DNA from: Macrostomum lignano
Lineage: Eukaryota
DNA length: 64,000 nucleotides
NCBI GenBank assembly: GCA_002269645.1
Contig: NIVC01000089.1
Coordinates: forward strand, 558,001-622,000
Direction of reading: 5' to 3'
Part shown: positions 1 to 47,313 of the stretch, in pieces
Layout: each line of letters begins with the position of its first letter
How positions within the stretch are numbered: position 1 is the stretch's first letter
Translations under genes and position numbers: made by a program
The notes under the pieces: generated by a model
Databases searched by the model: none
Told to the model about the DNA's origin: nothing
What the model saw: the letters and a program-made list of their open reading frames with translations, nothing else

Positions 1-280
1 GCCCATTCCGCCGACTCCCCTGAGCAGGCATACAAGCGCGCGGATACGTACGCAGGCACACACTCACACAGGAGTGTACAGCGGCCCTAACTTTATTTTA
101 TCGTTAGGCATGTACACTTCACTGTGCCTTGGGGGGTTGGCTCTCAAGGCCGTTAATTGCACGAGCAGAGCCAAGCCGAGATTCCAATTCAGCCCCAAAT
201 TAATGTGACTGCATTTGGAATCGAGCCTGGGTCGCTGGCACACCAGAGCCTGCGCTAGACCGCTGGGCTACGGCCGCACC
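1..280 (-). mobile_element. tRNA-derived SINE-like dispersed repeat (copy 1, truncated by window edge)
   Basis: Near-identical to 37998-38310 and 52121-52465. The minus strand begins with a tRNA-like head: A-box-like TAGCCCAGCGG and B-box-like GGCTCGATTCC. Confidence 0.65.
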
Positions 281-368
281 ATTATGCCATGGAGCTCGAT
301 AATTAGCATCTGGACTTGAATTCCGTCCAGTTCTGAGTTGGTCAGCAAAAAAACTGTCCCGCTTACAG

Positions 369-6452
<6,084 letters not shown>

Positions 6453-7439
6453 TGTCGTGGGAGATTGTGAGGCTAGTCTCACGTGAGAGTTGGTTTAGAG
6501 TTTGATAGTCTAGGTGTCTAGATAATGCAGAGATAGGAATTCCTCCTTATCTATGCACAGAGTTAAGAATATCTAGATGCTTATCTTATGTAGAGATGGT
6601 TATGAGAACCAAGGACTACTCAAGTAGAAGGACGGGAAACCACGTTTCTTAGAAAATGTTTATGAGGTTGGTTTTCGCCGAAAAAACACTCACTTGAGTA
6701 GTCCTTGCTGAGAACTCCATATCCGAATGGATGCCGTCTTTTCAGAAGACAGTTAATTTGATTATTTTTTCTTTTTAATTTCAAACTTCAGATTTATCTC
6801 GTAATGGACTAGTAGCCTAATCTTCTGGAATGTCAGTCTAGATTTCATGACAGCTTCTACGCAATTGACTTAATTTGTCCTTTCTGGCTTGCTGAAAGCA
6901 AGATTGGCTTGCTCACGAATAAAAAAGCAATGTTCGGGCATGCGCCGTGCATGCTACTCATGTGCAACTAGTATTCAAGATGTGGTTGCCTTTTTATTTA
7001 AGTTTCTTTAATTTCATTTAATTTATTCTTTAGATCAATCCAGGTTGCTAAAAATGAATACGCTACTTCTAGTAGACTAGGACTTTTTAACACCTGTTCT
7101 GTGGTGGCAGCAAAGTTTATTTTCAAAAATTTTCTAAGCAAATTTTTCTGCATTGTCAAGTCATTAAAAATTTGGCGATGAAATTACTCGTGACTATATT
7201 CAACCGGTTTCTGCCTTCAGTTGCACTCCAGTGTCAAATTGACTTGAAATTTTGTTTGTTAACTTACTCTTTTGATTTCTTAAAATACAAATTTGGCGTC
7301 TCCGTTAGTAAATTAAAAAATTCTAAGTCAGCAAATCGGAATTGAATCGTTTGTTCTGTATTTTTTCTGTTGATTTTTAAGCTTAGTTTATACTTACAAT
7401 ATGAGTTCTTCCCGCGACTCATCCTATACTCAAAGCAGG

Positions 7440-7875
7440 TTTTACTTATCCAATATCGTAATTTTACATCCGGGTTCTAAGTCATCTCATGATTTGACAT
7501 CCGGGTTTTAAGTCATCTTTTTACATCCGGTTTCTTTTTCATGCTTTTACATCCGGGTTTTGAGTCATCTGATACTTTTACAAACGGGTTCTAAAGTCAT
7601 TTTATGCTCTTGCATCCGGGTTCTATGCCATGCTTTTACATCCGGGTTCTATGTCATTATTTTACATCCGGGTTCTATGTCATTATTTTACATCCGGGTT
7701 CTATGATATGCTCCTACATCCGGGTTTTATGTTATCTCATCCTCCTACATCCGGGTTTTATGTTATCTCATGCTTTTTGCATCCGGGTTCTATGTCATCT
7801 CATCCTCCTACATCCGGGTTCTATGTCATCTCATGCTTTTTGCATCCGGGTTCTATGTCATCTCATGCTTTCACA
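7440..7875. repeat. Degenerate tandem repeat with core TTTTACATCCGGGTTCTATG
   Basis: ACATCCGGGTT recurs at irregular spacing upstream of GOLGA7. Confidence 0.8.
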
Positions 7876-7993
7876 TCAGCATTCCGTATTTTATCAACTA
7901 ATCATTAATACTTATTTTTCAAAACCCGTCTACTGCATGTAGTAGTCTCGCATCCTCAGAAGCCGCCTGTTTCGCCGCAACCTATTATTAATA

Positions 7994-9076
7994 ATGGGAT
8001 CGCGGCCCGCCGCCCAGGTAGGCCACAGCCGGAAGGTGTACATACAGCGGGACTACAGTCAAGGCCTCGGACTGCGCTACTCCACCGCCATGCCGCCGCA
8101 GTTGCAGGACCGCATGCCCGAGGACCTATTCGAGGCGGCCATTGTTAATATCAACCAGATCCTTGCCGGCGCCGAGAATGGCTCTGTTGGAGTCTACGCC
8201 GAGAGCTGCTTTGCCTGCCTGACTGGCTACCTTATATACATGTGCATGGACACGCACTATGAGAGGGTGAGTAAGCACAGTCGGAGGGGTCTGGCATACC
8301 CAGACTTTCCTGTCCGACTGAGTGTACATTAGGGCAGTGCTAGTGTACATATAGCCAAATCTTTCTCTGCTTTAAGTGTATCCTCTGGCCGCTAGGCCTA
8401 GTCCGAACTTCCACTCAGACTGAATGTACATTTAACCCAGCCAACCCCAGCTCCAATTCCTATCCGATTGAATGTACATTTGACCCAGCCAACCCCAGCT
8501 CCAATTCCTATCCGATTGAATGTACATTTGACCCAGCCAACCCCAGCTCCAATTCCTATCCGATTGAATGTACATTTGACCCAGCCAACCCCAGCTCCAA
8601 TTCCTATCCGATTGAATGTACATTTGACCCAGCCAACCCCAGCTCCAATTCCTATCCGATTGAATGTACATTTGACCCAGCCAACCCCAGCTCCAATTCC
8701 TATCCGATTGAATGTACATTTGACCCAGCCAACCCCAGCTCCAATTCCTATCCGATTGAATGTACATTTGACCCAGCCAACCCCAGCTCCAATTCCTATC
8801 CGATTGAATGTACATTTGAACAGCCAACCCCAGCTCCAATTCCTATCCGATTGAATGTACATTTGACCCAGCCAACCCCAGCTCCAATTCCTAACTGAAA
8901 CTATAAAAAACTGGCATCCAAATCTGATCGCGTTGAAACTCTGCTTCCAGAGCCTGAAGGAGGTGCGCAAGCTGATCGAGGAGTACAACCGGACGGTGTT
9001 CATGCCCCGCAGGCTGATGATGATTGACCCCAGCGAGCGGGGCCTTCGCGTTATTGAAGTTGTGCTACTGAGTTAG
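7994..9076 (+). CDS. GOLGA7: Golgin A7 / GCP16 (Erf4-like palmitoyltransferase accessory subunit)
   Basis: Exon 7994-8266 (KVYIQRDYS...ESCFACLTGYLIYMCMDTHYER) joins exon 8951-9076 (SLKEVRKLIEEYN...IDPSERGLRVIEVVLLS*) at a phase-0 GT-AG intron. The motifs match the GOLGA7 family. Confidence 0.88.
8420..8895. repeat. 48-bp intronic minisatellite in GOLGA7
   Basis: Unit GAATGTACATTTGACCCAGCCAACCCCAGCTCCAATTCCTATCCGATT, period 48 (8461 and 8509). Confidence 0.95.
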
Positions 9077-9539
9077 CGAGCTAGTCTAGTCTGGCCTATT
9101 ATCTACTGTCGTTTTATTTTTTCAACTCTAGCAGAGATGCGTTTGCTTAAGGCAGGGGCCACAGTTATTAAAGGCTGGTGCTTATGGCAGTTATTGCAGT
9201 GCAATTTTACTACAGCACAGTACTAATTAAATCATGTATAGCTTTACTTGCGTCAAATCTTAATTTAAACTCACACACACGCAGCTTTTACTACTATTAT
9301 GAGTAGCTAGTTGGTATATACATTTTACGCAATATCTTGTCAGTCTACAAATAAACTTATTGATTGCAGCAGCAGTTATGACATGGCGCGCTTGGTCTCG
9401 CACGAGTGGAGCATTTCATTTTTGCTTGTCATCTTGTATTGCAATTAGCTGGCGCTCTGACTGTGTTAATTTTTTATTTTATCTTTGCCAAACAAATTAG
9501 TATCTCGCAATGTATCTCCCAACCCATTACCCAACCATG

Positions 9540-11595
9540 TACTGTCTATGGCACCTCGCCACCCATCACCCCACCATGCACTGTCTATGGCACCTCCCCA
9601 CCCATCACTTCACCATGCACTGTCTATGGCACCTCCCCACCCATCACCCCACCATGCACTAAGGCATCTCCCCACCATGCACTGTCTATGGCATCTCTCG
9701 ACCCATCACCCCACTATGCACTGTCTATGGCATCTCCCCACCATGCACTGTCTATGGCACCTCCCCACCCATCACTTCACCATGCACTGCCTATGGCACC
9801 TCCCCACCCATCAACCCACCATGCACTAAGGCATCTCCCCACCATGCACTGTCTATGGCATCTCTCGACCCATCACCCCACTATGCACTGTCTATGGCAT
9901 CTCCCCACCCATCTCCCCACCATGCACTGTCTATGACATCTCCCCACCATGCACTGTCTATGACATCTCCCCACCATGCACTGTCTATGACACCTCCCCA
10001 CCATGCACTGTCTATGACACCTCCCCACCATGCACTGTCTATGACACCTCCCCACCATGCACTGTCTATGACACCTCCCCACCATGCACTGTCTATGACA
10101 CCTCCCCACCATGCACTGTCTATGACACCTCCCCACCATGCACTGTCTATGCCACCTCCCCACCATGCACTGTCTATGACACCTCTCCACCATGCACTGT
10201 CTATGACACCTCCCCACCATGCACTGTCTATGACACCTCCCCACCATGCACTGTCTATGACACCTCCCCACCATGCACTGTCTATGACATCTCCCCACCA
10301 TGCACTGTCTATGACACCTCCCTACCATGCACTGTCTATGACACCTCCCCACCATGCACTGTCTATGACACCTCTCCACCATGCACTGTCTATGACACCT
10401 CCCCACCATGCACTGTCTATGACATCTCCCCACCATGCACTGTCTATGACATCTCCCCACCATGCACTGTCTATGACACCTCCCCACCATGCACTGTCTA
10501 TGACACCTCCCCACCATGCACTGTCTATGACACCTCTCCACCATGCACTGTCTATGACACCTCCCCACCATGCACTGTCTATGACATCTCCCCACCATGC
10601 ACTGTCTATGACATCTCCCCACCATGCACTGTCTATGACACCTCCCCACCATGCACTGTCTATGACACCTCCCCACCATGCACTGTCTATGACACCTCCC
10701 CACCATGCACTGTCTATGACACCTCCCCACCATGCACTGTCTATGACACCTCCCCACCATGCACTGTCTATGACATCTCCCCACCATGCACTGTCTATGA
10801 CACCTCCCCACCATGCACTGTCTATGACACCTCCCCACCATGCACTGTCTATGACACCTCCCCACCATGCACTGTCTATGACACCTCCCCACCATGCACT
10901 GTCTATGACACCTCCCCACCATGCACTGTCTATGACATCTCCCCACCATGCACTGTCTATGACACCTCCCCACCATGCACTGTCTATGACACCTCCCCAC
11001 CATGCACTGTCTATGACACCTCTCCACCATGCACTGTCTATGACACCTCCCCACCATGCACTGTCTATGACACCTCCCCACCATGCACTGTCTATGACAC
11101 CTCCCCACCATGCACTGTCTATGACATCTCCCCACCATGCACTGTCTATGACACCTCCCCACCATGCACTGTCTATGACACCTCTCCACCATGCACTGTC
11201 TATGACACCTCCCCACCATGCACTGTCTATGACACCTCTCCACCATGCACTGTCTATGACACCTCCCCACCATGCACTGTCTATGACATCTCCCCACCAT
11301 GCACTGTCTATGACATCTCCCCACCATGCACTGTCTATGACACCTCCCCACCATGCACTGTCTATGACACCTCCCCACCATGCACTGTCTATGACACCTC
11401 CCCACCATGCACTGTCTATGACACCTCCCCACCATGCACTGTCTATGACACCTCCCCACCATGCACTGTCTATGACACCTCCCCACCATGCACTGTCTAT
11501 GACACCTCCCCACCATGCACTGTCTATGGCACCTCCCCACCATGCACTGTCTATGGCACCTCCCCACCATGCACTGTCTATGACACCTCTCCACT
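9540..11595. repeat. 27-bp minisatellite (ATGACACCTCCCCACCATGCACTGTCT)n
   Basis: Visible tandem array; it accounts for the spurious 582- and 585-aa ORFs. Confidence 0.96.
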
Positions 11596-11817
11596 CTGCT
11601 TAACCTATCCGCATTTAAGAGCAGCTTCAAAATGCAGAATGCCTGACCAATTCGAGTAGTAGATTACAATTCTTTTCCACTTTATGTTTCCGCCTCACCA
11701 AGGCCAGTTCGCCAACGCTTGAGCCGCTCAACTGAGTAATCCGATTCCCCTAGCGGAATCGATTGCTGGACTGCATTTTTGTGCAGGCAACAAACCAACT
11801 AATTTGTAGTCCCTACA

Positions 11818-39927
<28,110 letters not shown>

Positions 39928-40154
39928 GTTCACCTTGAATCGCCCATCGGCAATAAAAAACTCTATTATTGACTATGAGTATTTTCTCAGTTTTTAAAAC
40001 GCTGAAGTGTTTCTTTCAAGTTATTAAGTCAGTTTGTTAACTGGCACAGTCTGCTACCTTGTCAGTTATTCTGAAGTCTGTTGTAAGCCTTCTATTTTTT
40101 ATTTCTTGCTTCTGGATGCTAACTTGAAAGTTTCTGAGAGTAGAGCATTGATTG

Positions 40155-41225
40155 TCGCCCCAAGAATCGCCCCTAAACTACCCCCGAGAATCGCCCATAA
40201 AGTACCCCCAAGAATCGCCCATAAACTACCCCCAAGAATCGCCCATAAAGTACCCCCAAGAATCGCCCATAAAGTACCCCCAAGAATCCCCCCTAAACTA
40301 CCCCGAGAATCGCCTCTAAACTACCCTCAAAAATCGCCCCTAAACTAACCCCAAAAATCGCCCCTAAACTACCCCCAAGAATCGCCCCTAAACTACCCCA
40401 AGAATCGCCCCTAAACTACCCGAGAATCGCCCCTAAACTACCCCGAGAATCGCCCCTAAACTACCCCAAGAATCGCCCCTAAACTACCCCGAGAATCGCC
40501 CCTAAACTACCCCGAGAATCGCCCCTAAACTACCCCCGAGAATCGCCCCTAAACTACCCCCAAGAATCGCCCATAAACTACCCCAAGAATCGCCCCTAAA
40601 CTAACCCCAAGAATCGCCCCTAAACTACCCCCAAGAATCGCCCCTAAACTACCCCGAGAATCGCCCCTAAACTACCCCGAGAATCGCCCCTAAACTACCC
40701 CCAAGAATCGCCCCTAAACTACCCCCAAGAATCGCCCCTAAACTACCCCCAAGAATCGCCCCTAAACTACCCCCAAGAATCGCCCCTAAACTACCCCGAG
40801 AATCGCCCCTAAACTACCCCGAGAATCGCCCCTAAACTACCCCGAGAATCGCCCCTAAACTACCCCCAAGAATCGCCCATAAACTACCCCCAAGAATCGC
40901 CCCTAAACTAACCCCAAGAATCGCCCCTAAACTACCCCAAGAATCGCCCCTAAACTACCCCGAGAATCGCCCCTAAACTACCCCCGAGAATCGCCCCTAA
41001 ACTACCCGAGAATCGCCCCTAAACTACCCCCGAGAATCGCCCCTAAACTACCCCCAAGAATCGCCCCTAAACTACCCCAAGAATCGCCCCTAAACTACCC
41101 CAAGAATCGCCCCTAAACTACCCCCGAGAATCGCCCCTAAACTACCCCCAAGAATCGCCCCTAAACTACCCCCAAAAATCGCCCCTAAACTACCCCCAAG
41201 AATCGCCCCTAAACTACCCCGAGAA
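40155..41225. repeat. ~23-bp minisatellite (AAGAATCGCCCCTAAACTACCCC)n
   Basis: Visible tandem array with C-run length variation. Confidence 0.95.
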
Positions 41226-41664
41226 TTGTCCTCAAACTTGATCTGTAGTTTGCAGTTCCGTTACAAGCTACTGACAGTAATGAATTTTATCCTGCTGGCT
41301 CGAAGCTTCGTGCTTACATGTAATTCCTCACTCAGAATATTGACATTAAATCTGCTTCAATGTCAAGCATAAAGTACATTCTCGCATGGAATTTTGGGTG
41401 CTTTCTAACATTATTTCTGTTTCATAATTTTGTCACATTATTATTTAATCTCTTGTCTTTATCTTTCATTGACTTATTAACGTCTGCGTTGACCTGCATG
41501 TCTGTGTTAAAAGAATAAATATAATGAAAAATCAAGAAAAATTCTTTTCGTTGTAAATCTTCTTGGTTTGGCAAATCTAACAAATCTGGTTGTTGTTTGC
41601 GACTTGACTTCAATGTTTAGTGCAGACATGCAGATGCGGCCTGCTGACAATAGGCAGGGCGCAG

Positions 41665-43065
41665 ACCAGTCCATTAGGACAGACCAGTCCATTAGGACAC
41701 AATCAAAGAGCAGACCAGTAGGACACAGACCAGTCCAACAGGACACAGACCAGTCCAACAGGACACAGACCAGTCCAACAGGACACAGATCAGTCCAACA
41801 GGACACAGATCAGTCCAACAGGACACAGACCAGTCCAACAGGACACAGATCAGTCCAACAGGACACAGACCAGTCCAACAGGACACAGACCAGTCCAACA
41901 GGACACAGACCAGTCCAACAGGACACAGACCAGTCCAACAGGACACAGATCAGTCCAACAGGACACAGACCAGTCCAACAGGACACAGACCAGTCCAACA
42001 GGACACAGATCAGTCCAACAGGACACAGACCAGTCCAACAGGACACAGATCAGTCCAACAGGACACAGACCAGTCCAACAGGACACAGACCAGTCCAACA
42101 GGACACAGACCAGTCCAACAGGACACAGACCAGTCCAACAGGACACAGACCAGTCCAACAGGACACAGATCAGTCCAACAGGACACAGACCAGTCCAACA
42201 GGACACAGATCAGTCCAACAGGACACAGATCAGTCCATTAGGACACAGACAAGTCCAACAGTACACAGACCAGTCCAACAGGACACAGATCAGTCCAACA
42301 GGACACAGACCAGTCCAACAGGACACAGATCAGTCCAACAGGACACAGACCAGTCCAACAGGACACAGATCAGTCCAACAGGACACAGATCAGTCCATTA
42401 GGACACAGACCAGTCCAACAGTACACAGACCAGTCCAACAGGACACAGATCAGTCCAACAGGACACAGACCAGTCCAACAGGACACAGATCAGTCCAACA
42501 GGACACAGACCAGTCCAACAGGACACAGATCAGTCCAACAGGACACAGATCAGTCCATTAGGACACAATCAAAGAGCAGACCAGTAGGACACAGACCAGT
42601 CCAACAGGACACAGACCAGTCCAACAGGACACAGATCAGTCCAACAGGACACAGATCAGTCCAACAGGACACAGATCAGTCCAACAGGACACAGACCAGT
42701 CCAACAGGACACAGACCAGTCCAACAGGACACAGACCAGTCCAACAGGACACAGACCAGTCCAACAGGACACAGATCAGTCCAACAGGACACAGACCAGT
42801 CCAACAGGACACAGATCAGTCCAACAGGACACAGATCAGTCCATTAGGACACAATCAAAGAGCAGACCAGTAGGACACTGACCAGTCCAACAGGACACAG
42901 ACCAGTCCAACAGGACACAGACCAGTCCATTAGGACACAATCAAAGAGCAGACCAGTAGGACACTGACCAGTCCAACAGGACACAGACCAGTCCAACAGG
43001 ACACAGACCAGTCCATTAGGACACAATCAAAGAGCAGACCAGTAGGACACTGACCAGTCCAACAC
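41665..43065. repeat. 20-bp minisatellite (ACAGGACACAGACCAGTCCA)n
   Basis: Visible tandem array with a periodic variant unit TTAGGACACAATCAAAGAGCAGACC. Confidence 0.95.
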
Positions 43066-43277
43066 ATGTACGCGTGTTACAAAACCCGGCCAATATAATA
43101 AAACTGAAAGACCAGTGGCAAAATCTGTAAATAGAAACACTCTCTGTGTTGTTGAACTTCTATTAGTATAACAAGTGCTTTATTGTGTTTTATGATAATT
43201 TACAAAGCAGAATGATGTAAAATTAAAAAAATTAAGTACATGCTAGAAACTAATTAACAAAAGCAACGGGAGGCCTA

Positions 43278-44220
43278 ATGACCCTCTCGGACGGAATCCC
43301 GTCCACGCTCTGCCCTCGGCTCAAATTCAAAACCAGCATTCCACCACGTCATGAAGCAAGGGACAACAGGAAATCCCGTGAAATCCACTGCTTCACTGAC
43401 GGGTCCCAAATCAACTCCGCCTCTGGCTACGGCTACTGCATCGTGTCTGGAGGGAGAACTGTGGCGACCTTCTCCCAGCACACCGGCACCTGCTCCACCG
43501 TCTTCCAGAACGAAGTTCTCGCCATCAGCTCCTGTGCCACGGAGATGTACAATCTGCAGCGCATCTGGGGGAAGGAAATTATCCTCCACTCGGACAGTCA
43601 AGTGGCGATCCACGCCCTTGAGTGCACCACCACCTGCTCGCGTACAGTCCTCGACTGCATCGGGCAGCTCAACCGCTTAGGCGCCTACAACAAGGTGTCC
43701 CTAAGGTGGATCGCCGGGAACTCGGGCCACCCTGGCAACGAGTTGGCCGGTCCCCTGCCCGTAGCCCCACCCCACCGCCGTTGTCAATACTCGGATCAAC
43801 CAGTGGGTGGCTTCAATGCACAGGGAAAGGTGAGTTAATGCCCCCGACTGCCGGCAATCCCGCGCGGCGTCCCCTGTCCTTCCTCAGCCTTGCACAGGCC
43901 CTGCTTGGACTCAACCGCAGGGACATCAGGGCGGTGACCATGGCTCTCTCGTGTCATGGCTGTTTTGCCAGCCATCGTTACCGTCAGGGACAAATCTGTA
44001 GTGAGGAATGCCCCTTCTGTCTCTCCGGTGTCGAGAATGCGGAGCACTTCATCTGTGAATGCCCCGCCTTTACTCAGGACAGGCTCACCCATCTCGGTTT
44101 AAAAACCGGGACCTCTTCAGGCCCTTCAGACGTTTTCAGGCCCGAGAATCTCTGCCAGCTCGTCCGCTACCTAAGGGCTACCGGGCGAGCGACCATCCAC
44201 GTCCTGGACTCTCCGGAGAG
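43278..44220 (+). mobile_element. Degenerate 3' remnant of a non-LTR retrotransposon (RNase H plus Cys/His motif)
   Basis: CFTDGSQ, TVFQNEVLAI, LHSDSQVAI and WIAGNSGHPGNELA (RNase HI-like), then, in another frame, CPFCLSGVENAEHFICECP. The frame is disrupted and no RT is present. Confidence 0.78.
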
Positions 44221-44403
44221 GGGCCGCGTTGAGGACACCGGCACCACTGGAACTCCCTGCGCGACACCGCAGCACTATAGCTGCCCGTGGTCGCCAGGGG
44301 TTAGCAAATTGGGCGGCAACGCCTCCTCGCTGCATCCTGCACCCTGCAGCTGACTCAAGTAAGTCAATAGTAAATTGAGACAAGCCAAATTGAAGTTCAA
44401 TAT

Positions 44404-46411
44404 CTAGGAGATTAGGCCGTTCATGGCGGCCAAGATAGATTCGCCACAGCTGGGACAGCTCGTCCTGTTCTGCAAGCAGACATTGCAGGCCACGAGATGA
44501 GTGCAAGGTAGCAATACTCGATTCCTCCAACGCTGTTGGCACAGAATGCACATCGGGCTGTTGGAATCCGCAGGAGCCTCCACTGGCTGCTGGCCTGGCC
44601 TGTCCTCCACTCTAGCAGAGACTGACCTTGGCTGAGCTGCCGGCTGGGACTGCCGCTGAGGCTGTGGCGGCGGCTTCGGGTCGCTGTGGGTGGATTTGAC
44701 TCAGTGGTTGCCACTATTTGATGCTGTGTATTATATCTCTGCTGCAGTGTATTCTATCTCTGCTGCTGTGTATTCTATCTCTGCTGCTGTGTATTCTATC
44801 TCTGCTGCTGTGTATTCTATCTCTGCTGCTGTGTATTCTATCTCTGCTGCTGTGTATTCTATCTCTGCTGCTGTGTATTCTATCTCTGCTGCTGTGTATT
44901 CTATCTCTGCTGCAGTGTATTCTATCTCTGCTGCTGTGTATTCTATCTCTGCTGCTGTGTATTCTATCTCTGCTGCTGTGTATTCTATCTCTGCTGCTGT
45001 GTATTCTATCTCTGCTGCTGTGTATTCTATCTCTGCTGCTGTGTATTCTATCTCTGCTGCAGTGTATTCTATCTCTGCTGCTGTGTATTCTATCTCTGCT
45101 GCTGTGTATTCTATCTCTGCTGCTGTGTATTCTATCTCTGCTGCTGTGTATTCTATCTCTGCTGCTGTGTATTCTATCTCTGCTGCTGTGTATTCTATCT
45201 CTGCTGCAGTGTATTCTATCTCTGCTGCTGTGTATTCTTCTCTGCTGCTGTGTATTCTATCTCTGCTGCTGTGTATTCTATCTCTGCTGCTGTGTATTCT
45301 ATCTCTGCTGCTGTGTATTCTATCTCTGCTGCAGTGTATTCTATCTCTGCTGCTGTGTATTCTTTCTCTGCTGCTGTGTATTCTATCTCTGCTGCAGTGT
45401 ATTCTATCTCTGCTGCTGTGTATTCTATCTCTGCTGCTGTGTATTCTATCTCTGCTATTGTATATAACTGCTCTTCCAACCCATTCCATCCCCGTCGCCC
45501 AGCGGAAGCTTGTGATTGGCTAGCCATCATGTTTGCAAGCTCTTTCCCTCTCTCTCCCTCGCTTGGACCCCGGCTTTATCTTTGGAACCTCACCGAGTCT
45601 CTCGCTGCTGTACCGCCGACGGGCCAATTGGATCTCGTCGGGTCTCCACCGGCTGGGGCGTGTTGTCCTTGACCTGCTGCCGCTGGCCCTGACTGACCGC
45701 AGTCAGCAACCCGGTGATTCTCCAGGGCAGCGTGTTCGCATCGCCGTGCGGAGCCTCCTGCTGCTGAGCCAGGCTGATTAGATCTCCCGCCCGAAGCTGG
45801 CTGATGTCCCTCTGCCGCTGCCTGCTTCCAGCGAATGTGACGTACCCGTGCCCGATCAGAGCCAGTGCCAAGTCGTCCGGAGTGTAGCCGAAAGACTCGG
45901 CGAAGGCGACAGTGGGGTGTCTGAGAACTTCTCTCAGCCTTCTGAGGAACTCTGCGGATCTGCTGAGCTCGGAATGCTCGAGCATAAATGAGGCCAAACC
46001 TGCTGGCTCTGATAGGTTGAGAAGCCGCAGCAGCCTCTGCAGAGTGCAATTAACTGCATCCTCATGTCGTCCTTGGTTCGAGTGCCGCTTGGCGCCGCAG
46101 TGGAAGCAGCGAGCGCCACCAGCCCCGTCGCTGTGAAATCCTTCAAGAGCCAAGCGTTGCCGGGTGGCCGCGTCCAGCTGGCTGCTGCTAAATGAGCTCA
46201 GGCGAGTGTCCAAGCTGAGATTCTCCCGGGAGACTGAGCTGGCCATGATGAGGATGAGACAGTAGACGATGAACGTCCGCATCCGAAGGCCGGAGGCTTT
46301 GTACAGCTGCTGCAACTTCTTCAGCTGCTCCTCGGACAGGAAGCTGAGGCGTCCCCGCGGCCGCGGCAGCAGGTTGCAGTCAGGCGGTGCTGGTGGCCGA
46401 TTCTCGGGCAT
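44404..46411 (-). CDS. IAP-like protein (atypical BIR, UBA-like region, C-terminal RING)
   Basis: Exon 46411-45594 (RLSSF...LALEGF...RCFHC...H...C; HPTVAFAESFGY) is joined by a phase-2 GT-AG intron to exon 44683-44404 (RING CILC...LPCTHLVACNVC...CPSC). The start codon is uncertain. Confidence 0.7.
44720..45465. repeat. 21-bp intronic minisatellite (TGTATTCTATCTCTGCTGCTG)n
   Basis: Fills the IAP-like intron. Confidence 0.96.
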
Positions 46412-46539
46412 TTCAGAGGTCTCAGGTCTCAGTTCTGAGGTTGAGGTATGGGTTGGGAGATCTGAGCTTCAATACGATTTGAAGGGGTGGAACACATGCT
46501 TATGGAACACTTTGATGGCTCAGTCTCCTCCTATGAGCA

Positions 46540-46965
46540 TCTCATGACAATCCCCTGATCCCATGAGTACCTCATTACAACCTCTTTAATCCTATGAGGA
46601 CCTTAAGACAGCCCCAATTAATCCTATGAGTACCTCATGACAATCCCAATAGTCATATGAGCACTCATGACCCTAAAAATATGAACACCACATGACCCCT
46701 AATAATATGAGCACCTTAGGACAATCTCTAATTCTGAGCACCTCATGACCCCTAATTCTATGAGCACCTCATGACAATCCTTATTCGTATGAGCACTCAT
46801 GACCCCTAAAAATATGAACACCTCATGACCCCTAATAATATGAGCACCTCATGACCCCTAATTCTATGAGCACCTCATGACAATCCTTATTCCTATGAGC
46901 ACCTCATGACAATCCTTATTCCTATGAGCACCTCATGACCCCTAATTCTATGAGAACCTCATGGC
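46540..46965. repeat. Degenerate tandem repeat with core CCTATGAGCACCTCATGAC
   Basis: Visible recurrence upstream of the IAP-like gene. Confidence 0.82.
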
Positions 46966-47313
46966 TACTAGAAAATATTTGAAGGCTCATAATTCCTAAA
47001 AAATGCAAATGCAATAATCAAAATCAAGCTTATTCTGACTCATTTTAGCAACATTATTGCAGTGTATAATTATAATAATTCTTGTTTGTCACATTTTTGG
47101 CTATATTTATCTAATAATTTTAGCTATGTTCAATGCATTTTATTGAGTAGCTAATTTAACTTTGAAATGTCTTACTTCTAATTCCCAGTAATGGTCTTTG
47201 CACCAGCATTATAGCTACATATAGGCACAGTAAATATATTTTCTAATCATGATTCCAAACTCGGTCTTTGTAAATTAGCTACTGCATTTAACCAAGAAAT
47301 TGAGCAACTTACC

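Noticed and set aside
9855-11630. 582-aa and 585-aa ORFs (PHHALSMT / RCHRQCMVG repeats)
   Set aside because: They are translations of a 27-bp tandem repeat lacking stops; there is no unique sequence or splice context.
44690-45672. Hydrophobic VYSISAA / LLCILS ORFs resembling membrane proteins
   Set aside because: They come from a 21-bp intronic repeat of the IAP-like gene.
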